Counted from the first letter of the stretch, positions 39,933 through 53,900 are shown. The stretch: 64,000 nt of DNA from Phoronis australis (GCA_002633005.1 NMRA01000594.1:186268-250267); one strand, 5' to 3'. The notes: generated by a model not told the origin, from the letters alone. Made by a program: numbers and translations.

Positions 39933-41726
39933 TGTCAGATGATTGACTGTGAGTTTGTTTAAAAGGTAGCCATGTTTTGAGATTCTGCGTAGATGGAAAG
40001 TGAATAATCAAATCCAGTAATTAATGTATTATATTTTAAGCCCTAATTAGACAAGTGAAAAATGTTGTTAATTAAGTGAACAACACTAGCGCCGTCTTTA
40101 AAGATTACCTCAATCAATCAACCAAAATAATTGTCAGAAATTGACTGTGGATTTGTTTAAAAGGTAGCTACGCTTTGAGATTGTGCGTTGATGTAGAGTG
40201 AATAATCAAATCCAGTAATTAATTAATTTATTATATGATAACCCCTAATTAGACCAATGAAACCTATTGTTAATTCAGTAATCAACTACAGAGAGTATCT
40301 ATACGCTAGCGCCTTCTTTAAAGATTACTTTAATCAATCAACCAAAATAATCAAATAATGTCTTATCTGCTATCCAAGCTAGGACTCTCCACTTGTTGGA
40401 TGTCTGTCCTGTTGGTGAATCTTCGAACTACACACACTGTATAGCGACAGTGTACTTGCTGGTCAACGTCTCAGGAGATGCAACACTTGCAGCCAATTTC
40501 TTCTACCCGCGATTCTTCTTGCTGGTCACAGTCTCTGGCTGATGACGCAAGACTTCAGGTAGTATCTTACTACCCACGATGCAAGTGAAAAGCTCTTAGT
40601 TAACTTCATGTTCGTTAACACTTGACTTTGCCAAGATCCTTTCTAGAATCTTCCACGTGATGGCTCTGTCGTACAATTTCCTCTGTACACTGTTGCAAAT
40701 CTTTATGCTTCAACTACTATAGCGCATCTAATTATATTGTTGATTTCAGCCCATAATATAACATTCTACTTATTTAGTGATTGGCTAATAAAAACCACAT
40801 GATCGTATCCAATCATATTTTTGGCAGTTACAATTTGTTCTCAGACTTTTCTAGAATCTCTAGAGTACTTTGACCCCAGAACCTAAAGTAGTAAACACCA
40901 TCTAAATATAGATTTTGACGTTAAAGTACATATCAACAAGTCTTACCCCATGATTTAAAAGTACATATCCACTAATTTTGGGCAACTTAAAATGGATCTA
41001 TTCTTACTAATTACTTAATCAATACTTATTCTCACAATAAACAAATGTCTTATCTGCTATCCAAGCTGGACTCTCCTTTTGTTGCATGACTGTCCTGTTG
41101 GAAAAAACCTTCAAACTACATACACTGTATTGTGGCAGTGTAATTGCTGGTCACCGTCTCTGGTGACGCAACACTTGCAGGCAATTTCTTCTACCCGAGA
41201 TTCTTCTTGCCGGTTACGGTCTCTGGCTGGTGACCCAACACTTCAAGTAGTATCTTACTACTCACGATGCAAGTGACAAGCTCATAGTTAACTTCCTGTT
41301 CGTTAGCCCTTGCCCTTGCCAAGATCCTTTCTAGAATCCTAAAAACGAGATGACTCCTTCGTACAATTTTCCTCTGTACACTGTAACATTTTTTATGCTT
41401 CAACTACTACAGCTCATCTGAATTTCTTTTTGACTTAAGCCCATATCATAATATTCTACTTATTTAGTGATTGGTTAATAAAAACCACATGATCATACCT
41501 AATCATATCATTGGCTGTTACAGTTTGTGCTCAGAATTTTCTAGAATATCTAGAGTACTTCGACCCCTGAACCCAAAGTTGTAAACACCAATTAAAAATA
41601 GATTTTTATGTTAAAGTACATGTCAACAAGTTTGAACCCAAGATTTAAAAGTACATATGCGCACATTTTGGGCAACTTAAAATGGATCTATTCTTACTTA
41701 TTATTTAATGAATACTTATTCTGACA
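39933..41726 (-). repeat. 3' LTR split into 39933-40131 and 41037-41726 by a nested solo LTR
   Basis: The first piece stops at ACCAAAATAAT and the second resumes ATAAACAAATGTCTTAT. Together they reconstitute the 5' LTR sequence ACCAAAATAATCAAATGTCTTAT. Confidence 0.85.
40132..41036 (-). mobile_element. Solo LTR of the same family inserted in the 3' LTR
   Basis: Complete TGTCAGAAATTGAC...TTATTCTCACA copy flanked by ATAAT/ATAAA (5-bp TSD, 1 mismatch). Confidence 0.8.
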
Positions 41727-41829
41727 AATATACCGCGCCTCAAGAAAATACTTCTCAAGATTTTCTCAACAAAGAAGACTTAAATGTTGATTGACCCTTA
41801 GATCTACTACCCAATTTCCATGAATCTTC

Positions 41830-44800
41830 AATGCTCTAACCTACTCAGGTAATCAGCACCAACATTCTTTGTGCCTCTGATAGCTTCAACCTTAAATCGA
41901 TAGTTTTGCAAAAAACAGGCCCACCTCATCATGCGTCCATTGACTAACTTACTTTTATAATGTAAGCCAGGGGTTGATGGTCAGTATGAATGATAAGTTC
42001 TTTACTATACAAGTACATTGCAAATTTTCTAATGGCAAATACAATAGCCAAACATTCCCTCTCTATGACAGAGTAATTCCGTTCCCGAGGTAACAATTCC
42101 TTACTGGCACAAGGTACTAGGAACCTGCAATCATCATACTCCTGTAACAAAATACAGCCTATACTAGTATCTAACGCATCAGTCTGAGCAATAAAAGGTT
42201 TACTTAAATCGGGCATTCTCAGTATGGGTGCTCTCGTCAGCATGTCTCGAAGACTGTCGAATGCAATGCTGCTGAGCTACTTCCCATTGCACGGTGTTAG
42301 GCTGTTTCTTCTTTGTGAGCTCAAAAAGTGGGACGGCGATTTCAGCGAAGTTTGGGATGAACGTCCTGTAGTAGCCAGCCAACCCAAGAAAAGAACGAAC
42401 TTGTGTCTTCGTTCTGGGTCGTGGTGCATCTCGGATGCCTCCCAGCTTCTCTTCATCCGTTGCCAGGTGCCCTTCACTGACCACATGTCCAACAAAATCT
42501 ACGGAACGAGATCCAACCGAACATTTGGTGGGTCGAATCATTAGTCTACCCTCTCGCTCACGTTGGAAGATGTCTTGCAATGTGGCAAGGTTTTCAGTCC
42601 ATGTCTTATTATGGCACAGAATGGCATCCACAAAGTGTTCTGTGTTATGTGCTCCTGCCAACATCTTCCTCATCATGCGGTTGAAGGTCACTGCCCAATT
42701 TGCAGACCAAATGATTTCTTTACGAACTTGAAGCAACCACTTAGTACTACAAACGAGGTCTTGGGTCGTGATTCTTCTGCGACAATGACTTGCCAGTATC
42801 CTTTACTTAGATCAATCTTGGTAAAATACTGGTCTTTACTGATCTCAGCCATGATGTCACCGGGATTGCCCATCGGTTCCGAGTCAAACTTGGTGATGGC
42901 GTTCCAACGACGAAAATCGATGCAGAATCGATTTTAACCGTCCTTCTTCTTCACTAAGACCACCGGAGAGTTGTAGGGAACATCGGATGGTTCCATGACT
43001 TCACACTTGAACATGTCAACTTCCTCCTGCACAATGGTCTGGGTGCCATATGACAGGGGATATGGCTTGACTCTTACCGGCTCTTCACTAATGGTCTCAA
43101 TCTTGTGCTCAACTAGATGGGTCGTACCCGGTACCTCACTAAAGATACCAAAGTACTTTTCTAGCAGACTTATCACCTCCCTTTGTTGACCAGTAATGAG
43201 CTCGGCTGATATCTTGACATCTTAGTATGTTTCTTTTTGGTTTGTCGATCCCAGCTCTAGTAGATGTTTATCATCGAAAACCTTAATTTCATTGTCCATT
43301 TCAGGCTGCAGTACAGCTATGGGTGCAATGTCAGAAGTTTGATCCGCATCATCTTTACTTGCAGACCCACTTTGGTCGCGAGATATGTAGAGTTATTACA
43401 GGTTGGCATGGTATGTCATGGTCTTTCCACCAACCCTTACTCGGTAGTCCATTTTATTGAGTACCTCGGTCACTTTGTAGTGACCCCTCCACTGCAGTAG
43501 CAGCTTTTTACTGTCGGTTGGTAACAATATCAAGACTTGATCTTCTACTTTGAAGCGACGATGTCGTGTCTTATTGTCATAATTATGCTTATGTGCTTCA
43601 CCAGCATTTCGTGAGTTTTCCCGCACCAGTTCACATGTCTCTTCCAGACGATGTCGCAAGTCGAGGACATACTCAAAAGTATTCCGTACGTCTGGTGTTT
43701 CATTGCCAGTCCACAACTCTTTAAGAACCTGCATGGGCCTTCGCACGGTTCTACCATACAACCGTTCAAATGGCGTGGAACCTGTGCTCACTTGTGGTAC
43801 CTCTCGGTAGGCGAACAGTACTGCTGGTAAGTACCGGTCCCTATCTTTTGGACGCTCTTGGCACATTTTCTTAAGCACACTCTTCAGTACACCGTTATTA
43901 CGCTCACACAATAAACTGCATTTCGGATTGTACAGAGTGGTGAACAGATGCTTCATGGATATTAGCCTTGCAACTTATTCCAGTACTTCTGAGATGAACT
44001 GTGTCCCAGAGTGACTAAGCACCTCTCATGCAAAGCCGATTCTACTGAAGGTTTCAAACAATGCTTCTGCGACTCGCTCAGCTTCTATTCTGGGTAGAGC
44101 GACTACCTCTGGGTATCTTGTGGAATAGTCTACGATGGTAAGAATGAACCGGTACCCTCTGTCTTTGATTAGCGATACAGGACCAATCAAATCAACAGCT
44201 ATGCGCTGGGACGGTCCTTCCATTAGCGGCGTCTCACCCAATGGCAATTTAGAGATCCTGACTTTATGAGTTGTTCGCTGGCATATGTCACATGATCTAC
44301 AGAAACGATTTATGGCACTGCCAACTCCTGTCCAATAAAAGCTACTGGCTATTCTATCACTGGTCTTCTTTACATCAAGGTGCCCGCCAACGATTGACTC
44401 GTGAGCTAGCGTCATAACCTAATGTCGATATTTGACAGGGAAAACTATCTGACGCAACTATTTGGAGTTATCAGCATACATTCGGTACAGGAACCCTTTT
44501 GCTTTTCATACAAGTATTGACCTGTACCACGTATTCTTGCTGATTTGTCTTTCTCAACAAGTTCCATGAGCTAACGTTAGGAAGGATCATGCTGTTGTTC
44601 GTCCTTCAACTTGCTGAAGTCGAGACTTGCCACTCCGTTTGGTGTTATCGCCAAAGGCTTAATAAGTTTTTCGCTCTTCTTCCTGTGCTCTAGTGTTTTG
44701 ACTGCGGATGTGACACTGCCTTGTGGCAGCCAATTGGTATCAGGATCCTTGCTGACGCCAACAGCATTCTCTATGATGAGGTCGTAGATCGGTGTTCGAA

Positions 44801-45478
44801 TACACATCGCCTCGATTTCACCAACGAAGTAAGGAGTGTCTACCTCAATCTTGGCTATGCGAAAGGACCGTGCTGTCCCATCTATTAACACACAGATGTG
44901 TTGTTTCCCAGTCACTTGACTTTCTTTGACTAGGGACGTCTTCACCGCTGCACTACAGCAACCAGTGTCACGCATCATGCGTACTTTTATTTCGTTGACG
45001 TAACTGTCACAGACGGGCATATTGTGGTTAGCTGGAGATTCTCTGTGCTTTTCACAGGTCCCTGTCTCTACGGATATTGATGTCCCATCGACTATTTGCA
45101 GACAGCCATCAACTATGTGCCGCTATATCGGACTAGCTTTCGCTACCACAGCTTGACACATAACCGTCTTCTTGGTGTCTTCTGTCTTGGCCCGTTCCGA
45201 GACGACTGCTAACCTGTAGCGAATCTTTTGGACTGGAAGTCTTCCATTCCACATACCCTGGCTAGATGACCTTTCCGATGACAATTGAAACACTCTTTGT
45301 CACCCTTGTTTCTGGTCATCGATGACCGACAAGTCTCTGTTCTGCGTTCCTCTTTCCGTTTATGGGCGCGCTCTTCACGCTCCAAGGCCTGCCGCAAGAG
45401 CTCCTCTGCGCACTTCCTAAAATCTCCACCGGTATAACCGAACTGTATCGCTTGCGCAATATACTTTTCAAAACCCAT
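41830..45478 (-). pseudogene. gag-pol remnant: ZnK-PR-INT-RT-RH
   Basis: Gag CFNCHRKGHLARVC (45209-45478). Protease MRDTGC (44577-45020). Integrase AHESIVGGHL...CDICQ, RIAVDLIGP, ERNN (43396-44415). RT PYNSPVVLVKKKDG, IDLSKGYWQ, FVDAIL, VRSFLGLAGYYR (42200-43176). RNase H TDALD, ERECLAIV, TDHQPL, NVGADYLSR. Confidence 0.92.
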
Positions 45479-45607
45479 TTGAGAGGAGGGGTTTTATTCC
45501 CATAATGCATATTATTAATTATTATTCAAATGGTAATTACAGGGTTCAAAACAATACACCACAAACACGTAAACCTTTATTTAAACTCTGTAGGACTGTC
45601 CCCCAAA

Positions 45608-46490
45608 TGTTAGATGATTGACTGTGGGTTTGTTTAAAAGATAGCTATGCTTTGAGATTGTGCGAAGTTGGAAAGTGAATAATTAAATCCAGTAATTAAT
45701 TTACTATATGACAAGTTCTAATTAGACAAGTGAAACCTGTTTTAGTTAAGTAATCAACTACAAAGAAGAATAACCACACTAACGCCCTCTTTAAAGATTA
45801 CCTCAATCAATCAACCAAAATAATCAAATGTCTTATTTGCTATCCAAGCTAGGACTCTCCACTTGTTGGATGACTGTTGCTTGGTGAATATTCGAACTAT
45901 ACACACCGTATTGTGACAGTGTACTTGCTAGTCACCGTCTCTGGTGATGCAACACTTGCAGGCAATTTCTTCTACCCGCGATTCTTCTTGCTGGTTACAG
46001 TCTGTAGCTTGTGACGCAACACATCAAGTAGTCTCTTGCTACCCACGATGCAAGTGACAAGCTCTTACTTAACATCCTGTTCGTTATATCTTGCCCTTGC
46101 CAAGAACTTTTCTAGAATCTTCCACGAGATGGCTGTCGTACAATTTTCTTCTGTACGCTGTAGCAAGTCTTTATGCTTCAAATACTATAGGTCATCTGAA
46201 TTTCATTTTTATTAAGCCCATATTATAATATTCTGCTTATTTAGTGATTGGTTAATAAAAACCACATGATCATACCCAAGCATGTCATTGGCTGTTACAG
46301 TTTGTTCTCAAAATTTTCTAGAATCTCTAGAGTACTTTGACCCCAGAACCCAAAGTTGTAAACACCATTTAAAATAGATTTTGACGTTAAGGTAAATGTC
46401 AACAAGTTTGACCCCATGATTTAAAAGTACATATGCACAGATTTTGGGCATCTATTCTTACTTATTACTTAATCAATATTTATTCTGACA
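45608..46490 (-). repeat. 5' LTR (883 bp)
   Basis: TGTTAGATGATTGACTGTG...TTATTCTGACA, colinear with 40132-41036 and with 39933-40131 + 41037-41726. Confidence 0.9.
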
Positions 46491-47355
46491 AGGAGCAATA
46501 ATAACAGTTGAGCAGGTTACTGGGTAGTTCAGCTACTTTTACAGAAATCTCCGGCCTTATGAACACACGGTGTAAAAGAATTCTTTGTCAACCAAGTTAA
46601 TTACAATGTGAACGTGCAATCGCAACTATTCGAAGGACATTTGTGTTCTTTCGACGTTTACCAAAATACTATGCCAATCACTGTTCCGTAAATTCATTGC
46701 TGAATTTGGAACACAAGGGCCGAGTTGCATAAATATTTACGCCCTATAGCAACCATTACGTCGCATTATCACGCGTCACGTTGTTATTGTTGAAAAGTGC
46801 TGCTGCAAGACGTCATGTAACAATCAAACTTATCCATCGGATAACTTTTGAAGGTTTATGCAACTCAGTCTAGACCAATGGAAATGAAGTCCAAGTATTG
46901 AATCTTTGTTGCGTGTGGTTTTTACTATGTTACACTTCCAAATGGTTCCCATTCTGCGATGTAGTTCTGTGACAATGATTGAACAACATTGTCATCTATC
47001 CAACTTCAAGGTTACTTCGCGAGAGTTTCAAGATGAACATGAGACATGTCTCAATTATTTCAGCAGTCAATCGAAATGGAAAGGGCTTCAGTTTCAGATG
47101 GCATTCGTCTGTGCCATAGACTAACTAGCTTGAAGCGTCAGTAGTTCTGCTTGTACATGTACAGTGTATATGTAGTACACACTTAGCAGACTTATTCGAA
47201 ATCTCCAAAATTACTCCTATTTTTAGCAGAGGGTAGTCACAGAGCATTTTTTCATTCATAGGCTTAAGTGAAGTATTTAATTGGCAAAAATGGTATAGAT
47301 CCCTTCCAATGCATCAAATCGAACATACGACATACAAGTTATTATGATGAGTTAC

Positions 47356-47454
47356 CATAACGCTTCTGCTTCTCCATCCCCTGCGGTGTGTCAGCATAGA
47401 AGTTGATGTTGTTGATTATGACAACAAGCCCTTGACCGATGTTTGGGTAACACA
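47356..47454 (-). CDS. Caspase exon A (N-terminal part of p20 catalytic subunit)
   Basis: Reverse strand tttctttctttctag|TG TGT TAC...CGT TAT G|gtaact. 99 nt, phase 1 to phase 1. Encodes CYPNIGQGLVVIINNINFYADTPQGMEKQKRY(G), matching the caspase G.alIINN..F....R.G motif. Confidence 0.88.
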
Positions 47455-50400
47455 CTAGAAAGAAAGAAATCTGTAGAACAAAGCGTGTCATGTCAATAGC
47501 AGCAGCTACAATGCGTAAACCTTTTATTGTACATCGAATTAAAATTTGAAAATATGCACACTCCTTGCATTATTTGTAAAAACACTGAACACTTTCCCAG
47601 AGATATATCTGCTAATAATAGAATTTTCATAATATAGCGGCACCTCGGAAAAAGCCTAAATTTTTCACAAGATGCGGCAACATGTTCCCAACAATATCGC
47701 AACCTATGTAATCTATAGTACCTATCATATGGTAACAGAAAAAAAAAACGTCGGCAGCCCTTTCGCGAAACGGTAATGTCGTTCGAAATTATTGGATGGT
47801 CTCCAAATGAGACCTTTGCTAAAACAAGTAAAAAATACAACGAAATCTGACGTCTGGACTTGGAAATACATTGTAAAGTTATGTGTGTACAATCGATTTC
47901 TCAATTATCAGTAAAGGATTTATAGGACAATACTACCAAATACCGCAATTACTTTCTCTCAGGGAATTTTCCGAAACGCTACAAACCGTTTTGCTCTTCA
48001 CGTTTAATTAGTGAGTATTTGTGAGTAACCAAATAAAAGTCCAATCCATTTGTTTGATTGCCCACGACTTCAGTGCCTTTGTTGAGCTACGGAGTGATAT
48101 GCTGAATTTTAGATATTTAGTTAAACAATTTTAAAATATTCTCCTGGCAACCGATGTTTGCCCAGTTCGTTGTTAGGAAGCGCCAAAGGGTTCTTGCTCT
48201 CATCACTGTTTATGAGCGTCTCGTGCAGTGCATTAAAAAGTACCGCGTGGTTTAGAATTGACGCTTACGCAGTCGATACATGTAGTTAGTCAAACTCTGT
48301 TTCTACGCAACAACAAATTCATTTCTAAAAGGAACCGTCTTTTGTCAATGTTTAAAAGCCACATCCCGTACTTTTTGTGCCTCCGAAGCAGTACTATTAA
48401 TAGTGGCAAGCAAGACAGGGTCACTCAATGAGTTTGGCTGACCGTTTTTGAAATATACGACACTATGACATATTTCATCCTAAGGGACCAAACTCGAATC
48501 ATTTTCTAATTGAAACCTGCACGGAGTTGGAATATTTCGAGGATTTTGCAAGTCATGAAAAAACTAATTTTTGAAAATGTGGAAAGCATAAATCACAAAA
48601 TTTGTCTTAAGTTTACACCGAATTGTTCCCATTAATATTCTATGTCATTATTGACAGGGGAATGATTTCGAGTTTATTTTCGATAATGTTATTCAATCAT
48701 TCACGTTCCAAATTTTGGACTATGAAGAAATGGAGAAAATTTGCTCATTTAACGACTTTGATCACAATCATATAGCAGGTCAACGCTAGAAGTATATTCT
48801 TATATTTCAGGTTGCACGTGCCGGTTAAACTGTAGAGCGCTGATTCAATTTTAACATCGGTAGCTATCTTTGTGACAAATTCTTTGAACACGAAGTAGGG
48901 AAAGGGTGTAGGGCTACCCGATGTAACTGAAGATTTACAAAATCTTTATGGCAATGTCGAGTGGCACAGCATTGGTTCGCATTACAACATGTGCCTCCAA
49001 TGCGTTTTAATGGCTGTTGAAACGATTGAGAACTGGTAGGTGCATGAAATGGCTCAATTTTGCGACCTGACAATTTGGCGATATTTAACTCTGCAAGAAA
49101 GAGCATAATCTAAATATCTCCTCTCGATTTTGGCCGCGGGTAAAATGACAGGAGATTTTTGCGATCAGAAATTTATGAATGCGGTCTGCATTTGAAATTG
49201 CGACCTAGAATTTTGGCTAAGCAGCAAATTGCAATGTGTCGATTTTCATGGCGCCGAAAGCTGTAAGGGGATATTTTTTCAACTTTTTCGCCTGTTATAT
49301 GTATATGAGAATTATCTAAAAATGGAGAATTTTGGGTGCACACTAATCCAGAAAATTCATATCAAAAATGATAAAAATGGTTTATGAAGTTAAAATTATA
49401 TCCGTATGGCCACTCAAGCGGATACTGCCTACAGTTCTTTAGGCTAAAACGTATTGTCGCTGCATTAAGAACGCAACTCTTAGAAAACTCCTAAATAAGA
49501 GACGATTTCATAAACCTGTTGAAAGGTAAATGTTACATGTTATCCAGTTACATACTACACTGTGATATTATACCCGCAGACTTCGTTGTATGAGAATAAC
49601 CACGTTTTGTACTTTGTTGAGGGACCAAAGTCACCCCTAGGAACCACCACAATCGCCAAAATTCTCACTGTTGTTATTATACACTTCACTACTAGTCCAT
49701 AAGTACTAAGAATTTAAAGAAAATGTTTTCGCCAGGCAACATAGATATATCGCTAAAATTAAAAGAAGGGGCATAACGGCTTCCCCATTCTTGGGCTGAT
49801 GACGGTCCCAAGGCTCTCTAAATCAAAAATACCTTCACACCCACTTTATATATACAAAGCATGGAAGTTGTAGTGCATTTTTGTGAAAATGTTGTCAAAT
49901 CACTGTTACCTAAGAAGCCAAATAGGGCAAGGCATAACAGTTGGATCCAGGATTTTAGTTGGGGGGACATAGCAAAGCATTAGCCAGGATTTTGCCGGTC
50001 AGATATTCGCACCCCTGCCAATCGAGTCTGGGAGAATTTGAGAAAGATTCCATATAAAAACCATATGAAAATGAAAAATTACTATATACTCAAAAACTCA
50101 TACAGAGCTAATATTTTGTGCATGTGTTGGGATGCTGGCCCAAAGTACACTGCTACAATATTTGCACTCAATGACCTTTGCTTACCGAGATATGCCCTAT
50201 TTGGCTATATAGGCACATTTTGCATTTTTTCATGTCAGTAAAAGTGCATTTTTTGAACGGCAAAAAATCAGACTTGGAAAACTGGTGACAAAGTTTGACA
50301 TAGATGGTCACTAATAAAGGCTCATGTAAGATTAGTAAGAAAATTAAACTTAAAGGTACAATTAAATCTCCAGCAGGGGAGAAAACTCCGAGACCACTTT

Positions 50401-50570
50401 TCAGGCCAGTCAAAAGTGGCAAGATGTTGCTTAATCTTGCTTTCTTATATATTAAGTGCTAAACGTGGCCCTCGAATTTGGGCATTTTTGTGATGTGGCC
50501 TTACTTTGACTGACAAGAGAATTGAGGCTACACTTTTAGTTCAGAGATATCACCTAAAATATATGATCTG

Positions 50571-50971
50571 GGCCCGGTCTCTAATCTTTGTACTCCAAAC
50601 GAACTCGAAACTATTTTTGGCAATTTCTCTGCTCCTTTTGTGCGAACTTAAGAAAATTGGTTATCAGACTGTGCTCGAATACATTATAGTTTATGCATAG
50701 GAGTTTCTAGTTCAAGTTTGCCCTTGAAGACCCTTATATTCGTGTTACAAACTCGAGTAAATACTCGAAATTTCGAGTTCAAACTCGAACTTATTGTTTT
50801 AATATTGGGTTTACAAACTGTGAACCAAGGGCAATAAATTATCTACGTAAGTTATTGCGTACTCGAGCATAGAATAATAGACACTTATCTTGAGTTCGCC
50901 CAAAAGTAGAGTAGAAAATGCCAAACCTAATTTCGAGTTCCATTTCGAGTAAAAAGATTGGAGACCGGGCC
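50571..50971. mobile_element. PIF/Harbinger-type MITE (401 bp)
   Basis: CTG|GGCCCGGTCTCTAATCTTT...AAAGATTGGAGACCGGGCC|CAG. The imperfect TIRs extend ~40 bp, internal CTCGAA/TTCGAG motifs repeat, and the CWG flanks match animal Harbinger targets. Confidence 0.75.
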
Positions 50972-53900
50972 CAGGTATCAACAATGCAATATCACATAAA
51001 TTTAAGTTTCACATTTTGAATCCCAAATTTTGTGAAACATCTCCATAGTTTTTGTAACTTTACCAATAGCACTTTAGGGTTCGAGATTACATGCACTTCC
51101 TGTCACTGCAAAGAATATGGTCAATTTTCGTTACAAAAGTGTGATCGCAGAGGAAATGTGGCCTTCATTAGCTGTGTCAAAGACGTCAGAAGTCATCTGA
51201 GGTCGTGCAAAGTGCCACAGAAGTTTGAAATTATTTCGGAACTACAGTTGATTCTTGCCAGAGCTGGAGATAGGAGGATGGACTGGCAAACCAATGGAAA
51301 TGCGCCGTTATATGTTTTACACATCGACATGAGTTTGGACTTGGCTTTAAACAAAAATTGACGAGCTGTTATCCAGAACTCACAGCTAGAACGAAGCGGA
51401 AGATTGAACGGGGCGTTGACTTTCGCATGTGGCAATGGATTTTTCGCCAGTTTGATTTGTTGGTCACTGTTGTACATCGCCGTGGATGCCGCAGGCATAC
51501 TGGGGCGATAGTACATCCCCACAAAAAGTTACTCATTTCAAAATACTGGAAATAAAGTCAAATGAAACATTCATATATGCACATGGAGTTATAAACAACT
51601 CATACCATAAGTCTGGAAGCGATTTAATCGAGATAATCTGAACAAATGGAAGAAAATCTGTGGCGGTTTGCTCGAGTCTCTCTTACCGGGTGCCATTTTG
51701 ACGAGGTTACATGAAATCACGCATGCTGACGAATAAAAAGTTTAAGGGACCCAAATCTTACAAATTTCACCTGATACCCTTTCATGCTATTTACAAATGT
51801 CACGCGCTTCGCTCAGTCTTGTTCTAGCCTTTTGCCTAACTCACGTGACTCAGTTGACATACTTTGTGATTTTCGTGCGCGGTGAAAAAGTTAACGGCAA
51901 CTAAGAAGTGGAGTTGGAATTCTTCGTCAAAGTCAACTTAATTCACACAACTAAGCTTCATTGAAGATATGTATAGAAGGACCATTGATGAAAGTAAGCG
52001 CTTTTTAAATGATAGTTTCAAGTGTGGAATGTATTTTTGACGAGGTGAAAACTCAAAATCGGTGGCCGGATATGGCCTACGCCCGTTTGAAATGCATTTA
52101 GGACAAACGAAAGCGAATGGAAGTATTGTAGTCCCTAAATGGCCAACCGAGGGGCTACGTGTTGCATATCCCTGTTTGTGCAGGTAAGATATTAGTAACA
52201 ATTGCTAAAAAGTTACTTCATATTCATCACAACTGTTGGCCTGGGTCAACAGGTCATGACTTCAGTTCAGAATGTAGCTCTCGCTGACAACTTTCGACTT
52301 ACTGACTCCCCAGGAGCACAAACCTGATAGGCCTATCCGGTTAGCGGGTTAGGATGGCCTGCATGATTGATTCTAAAGGTATTGAAACTACTTAGATTTT
52401 TAAAGGAGTGGTTATCTAGTTTTGAGACATGTTTAGTGATCAAAATAAAAGGACATTGTGTTTCAGGAGCTCTTGTTTTCTTCAAACAAAATGAAGTTTT
52501 TTGAAGTGTTGTGTGGAAATGCATCATACGCTAAACCTAGCATACCTTCAAGAAACTGGTTTTGAGTCCGCCGCATGAACGGAATTTACATAATGTGAAA
52601 CTTTTTGCTGTCAAGTCGCAACAACACCCAATTGCTTAAATACTAGTTTGGAAAGCCGGTAACTTGGATATCACTGAAAGTATTATGTTTTCAGTCCTAA
52701 ATATCCGTACCTCTTATTTTTCTGAAAGTACAAATTCCATTGGCGCACTGCCACCATGCTTGGCCGCTTTTGCGTAGTACAAGAAGCATTGCGTGTCCCC
52801 TTGTATATTCAATAACATGACACCTCTGCTCGAATCCACCGTCCTCTTTCAACTTGTGATCTCGAAGATCTTGATTAGTTTTAGTATAAACTTTGCTAAT
52901 AGTTTGAGAGGTCTTTTTCAAGCGCATATACAGGGATTTGTCCAGGACGTCTGAAAATGGGCAAGCATGCACTGTAGGCAGTGCGTGGGATTCTTTGTCC
53001 ATTGCGGTGTTCGAAAACTGACCAAGCAAGGGGAATGGGTACCCTTAATAAGAATAAAGCCTGCTCCTCAGAAGTATGAGATGGTGTTGGGGGTTATAAT
53101 ATAACTCATTTTCGAGTTCTGTAATCCTGTAATAGATTTTTATTTTCGCACAAGCAAAACTGAAAATTCACGAAGAAAAAATCTCTGATACAGCTTCTCG
53201 TGATTTCCTTCGTTACTGATGAAGCAAAACGACTGATATTTCTTCTATTTGGCATCGTGGTCGACAGATAATTGCACAATCGAGTAGCGCCTCCTATAGT
53301 CTTTTAATCTAACTGACAGTCACAGATTGGCAGAAAAGTGTTTACGTGAGTTATGTAAAAACTGACTTCACAAAAACTATGAAAGAGACAAGATCTTTTT
53401 TCGTGCTTTGGACTGAAAAAAAGACAACAGTAATAGATGGAAGTTGACTCATGTTCCAAAAGAATCTGATATAGATTTGGGAAAGCGATAAATATGCGTA
53501 AAAATGGCCTTAATAATAAGCAGTGAAAATTATATTTTGTAGGCTAAAATGGGAGGGCATAAAGAATCAATAAATCCATACGAACTAGTTTTACTTGTAT
53601 GTTATTCTTTCTTCTACTTCACCTACTTCGCAGTACTTTTATTTGCTATTTTTCAGAAAAAGTACAAAGTGGTCGTAAAAAGGGTTAAAAAAAACTCAGA
53701 AACTCTTAAAAAATCATGCTCAGGTTTCTTTTGACAAGGCCAGCTGATGTACTAAGTTTAAAAAAAATGTTAATTTTGCATATATAGCCCACCATCTGGT
53801 TTTTATGTGGAATTGATCTTAAGTGGGGGCATGGCCTCCTTGGCCCCTTAAATCCGAAACTGGTATATTCATAACAGTTCATGTTAATCACTAATCAGAC

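Larger units (their letters stand above)
39933..46490 (-). mobile_element. Decayed Gmr1-like Ty3/gypsy LTR retrotransposon
   Basis: TG...CA LTRs at both ends, flanked by AGGAA/AGGAG (5-bp TSD, 1 mismatch). Internal order on minus: gag CCHC, protease, integrase, RT, RNase H. PBS-like TTTGGGGGACAGTCC after the 5' LTR and a degenerate PPT before the 3' LTR. Confidence 0.9.

Noticed and set aside
51940-52170. DIRS-like fragment (ANGSIVVPKWP)
   Set aside because: Only one short motif, insufficient without a database search.
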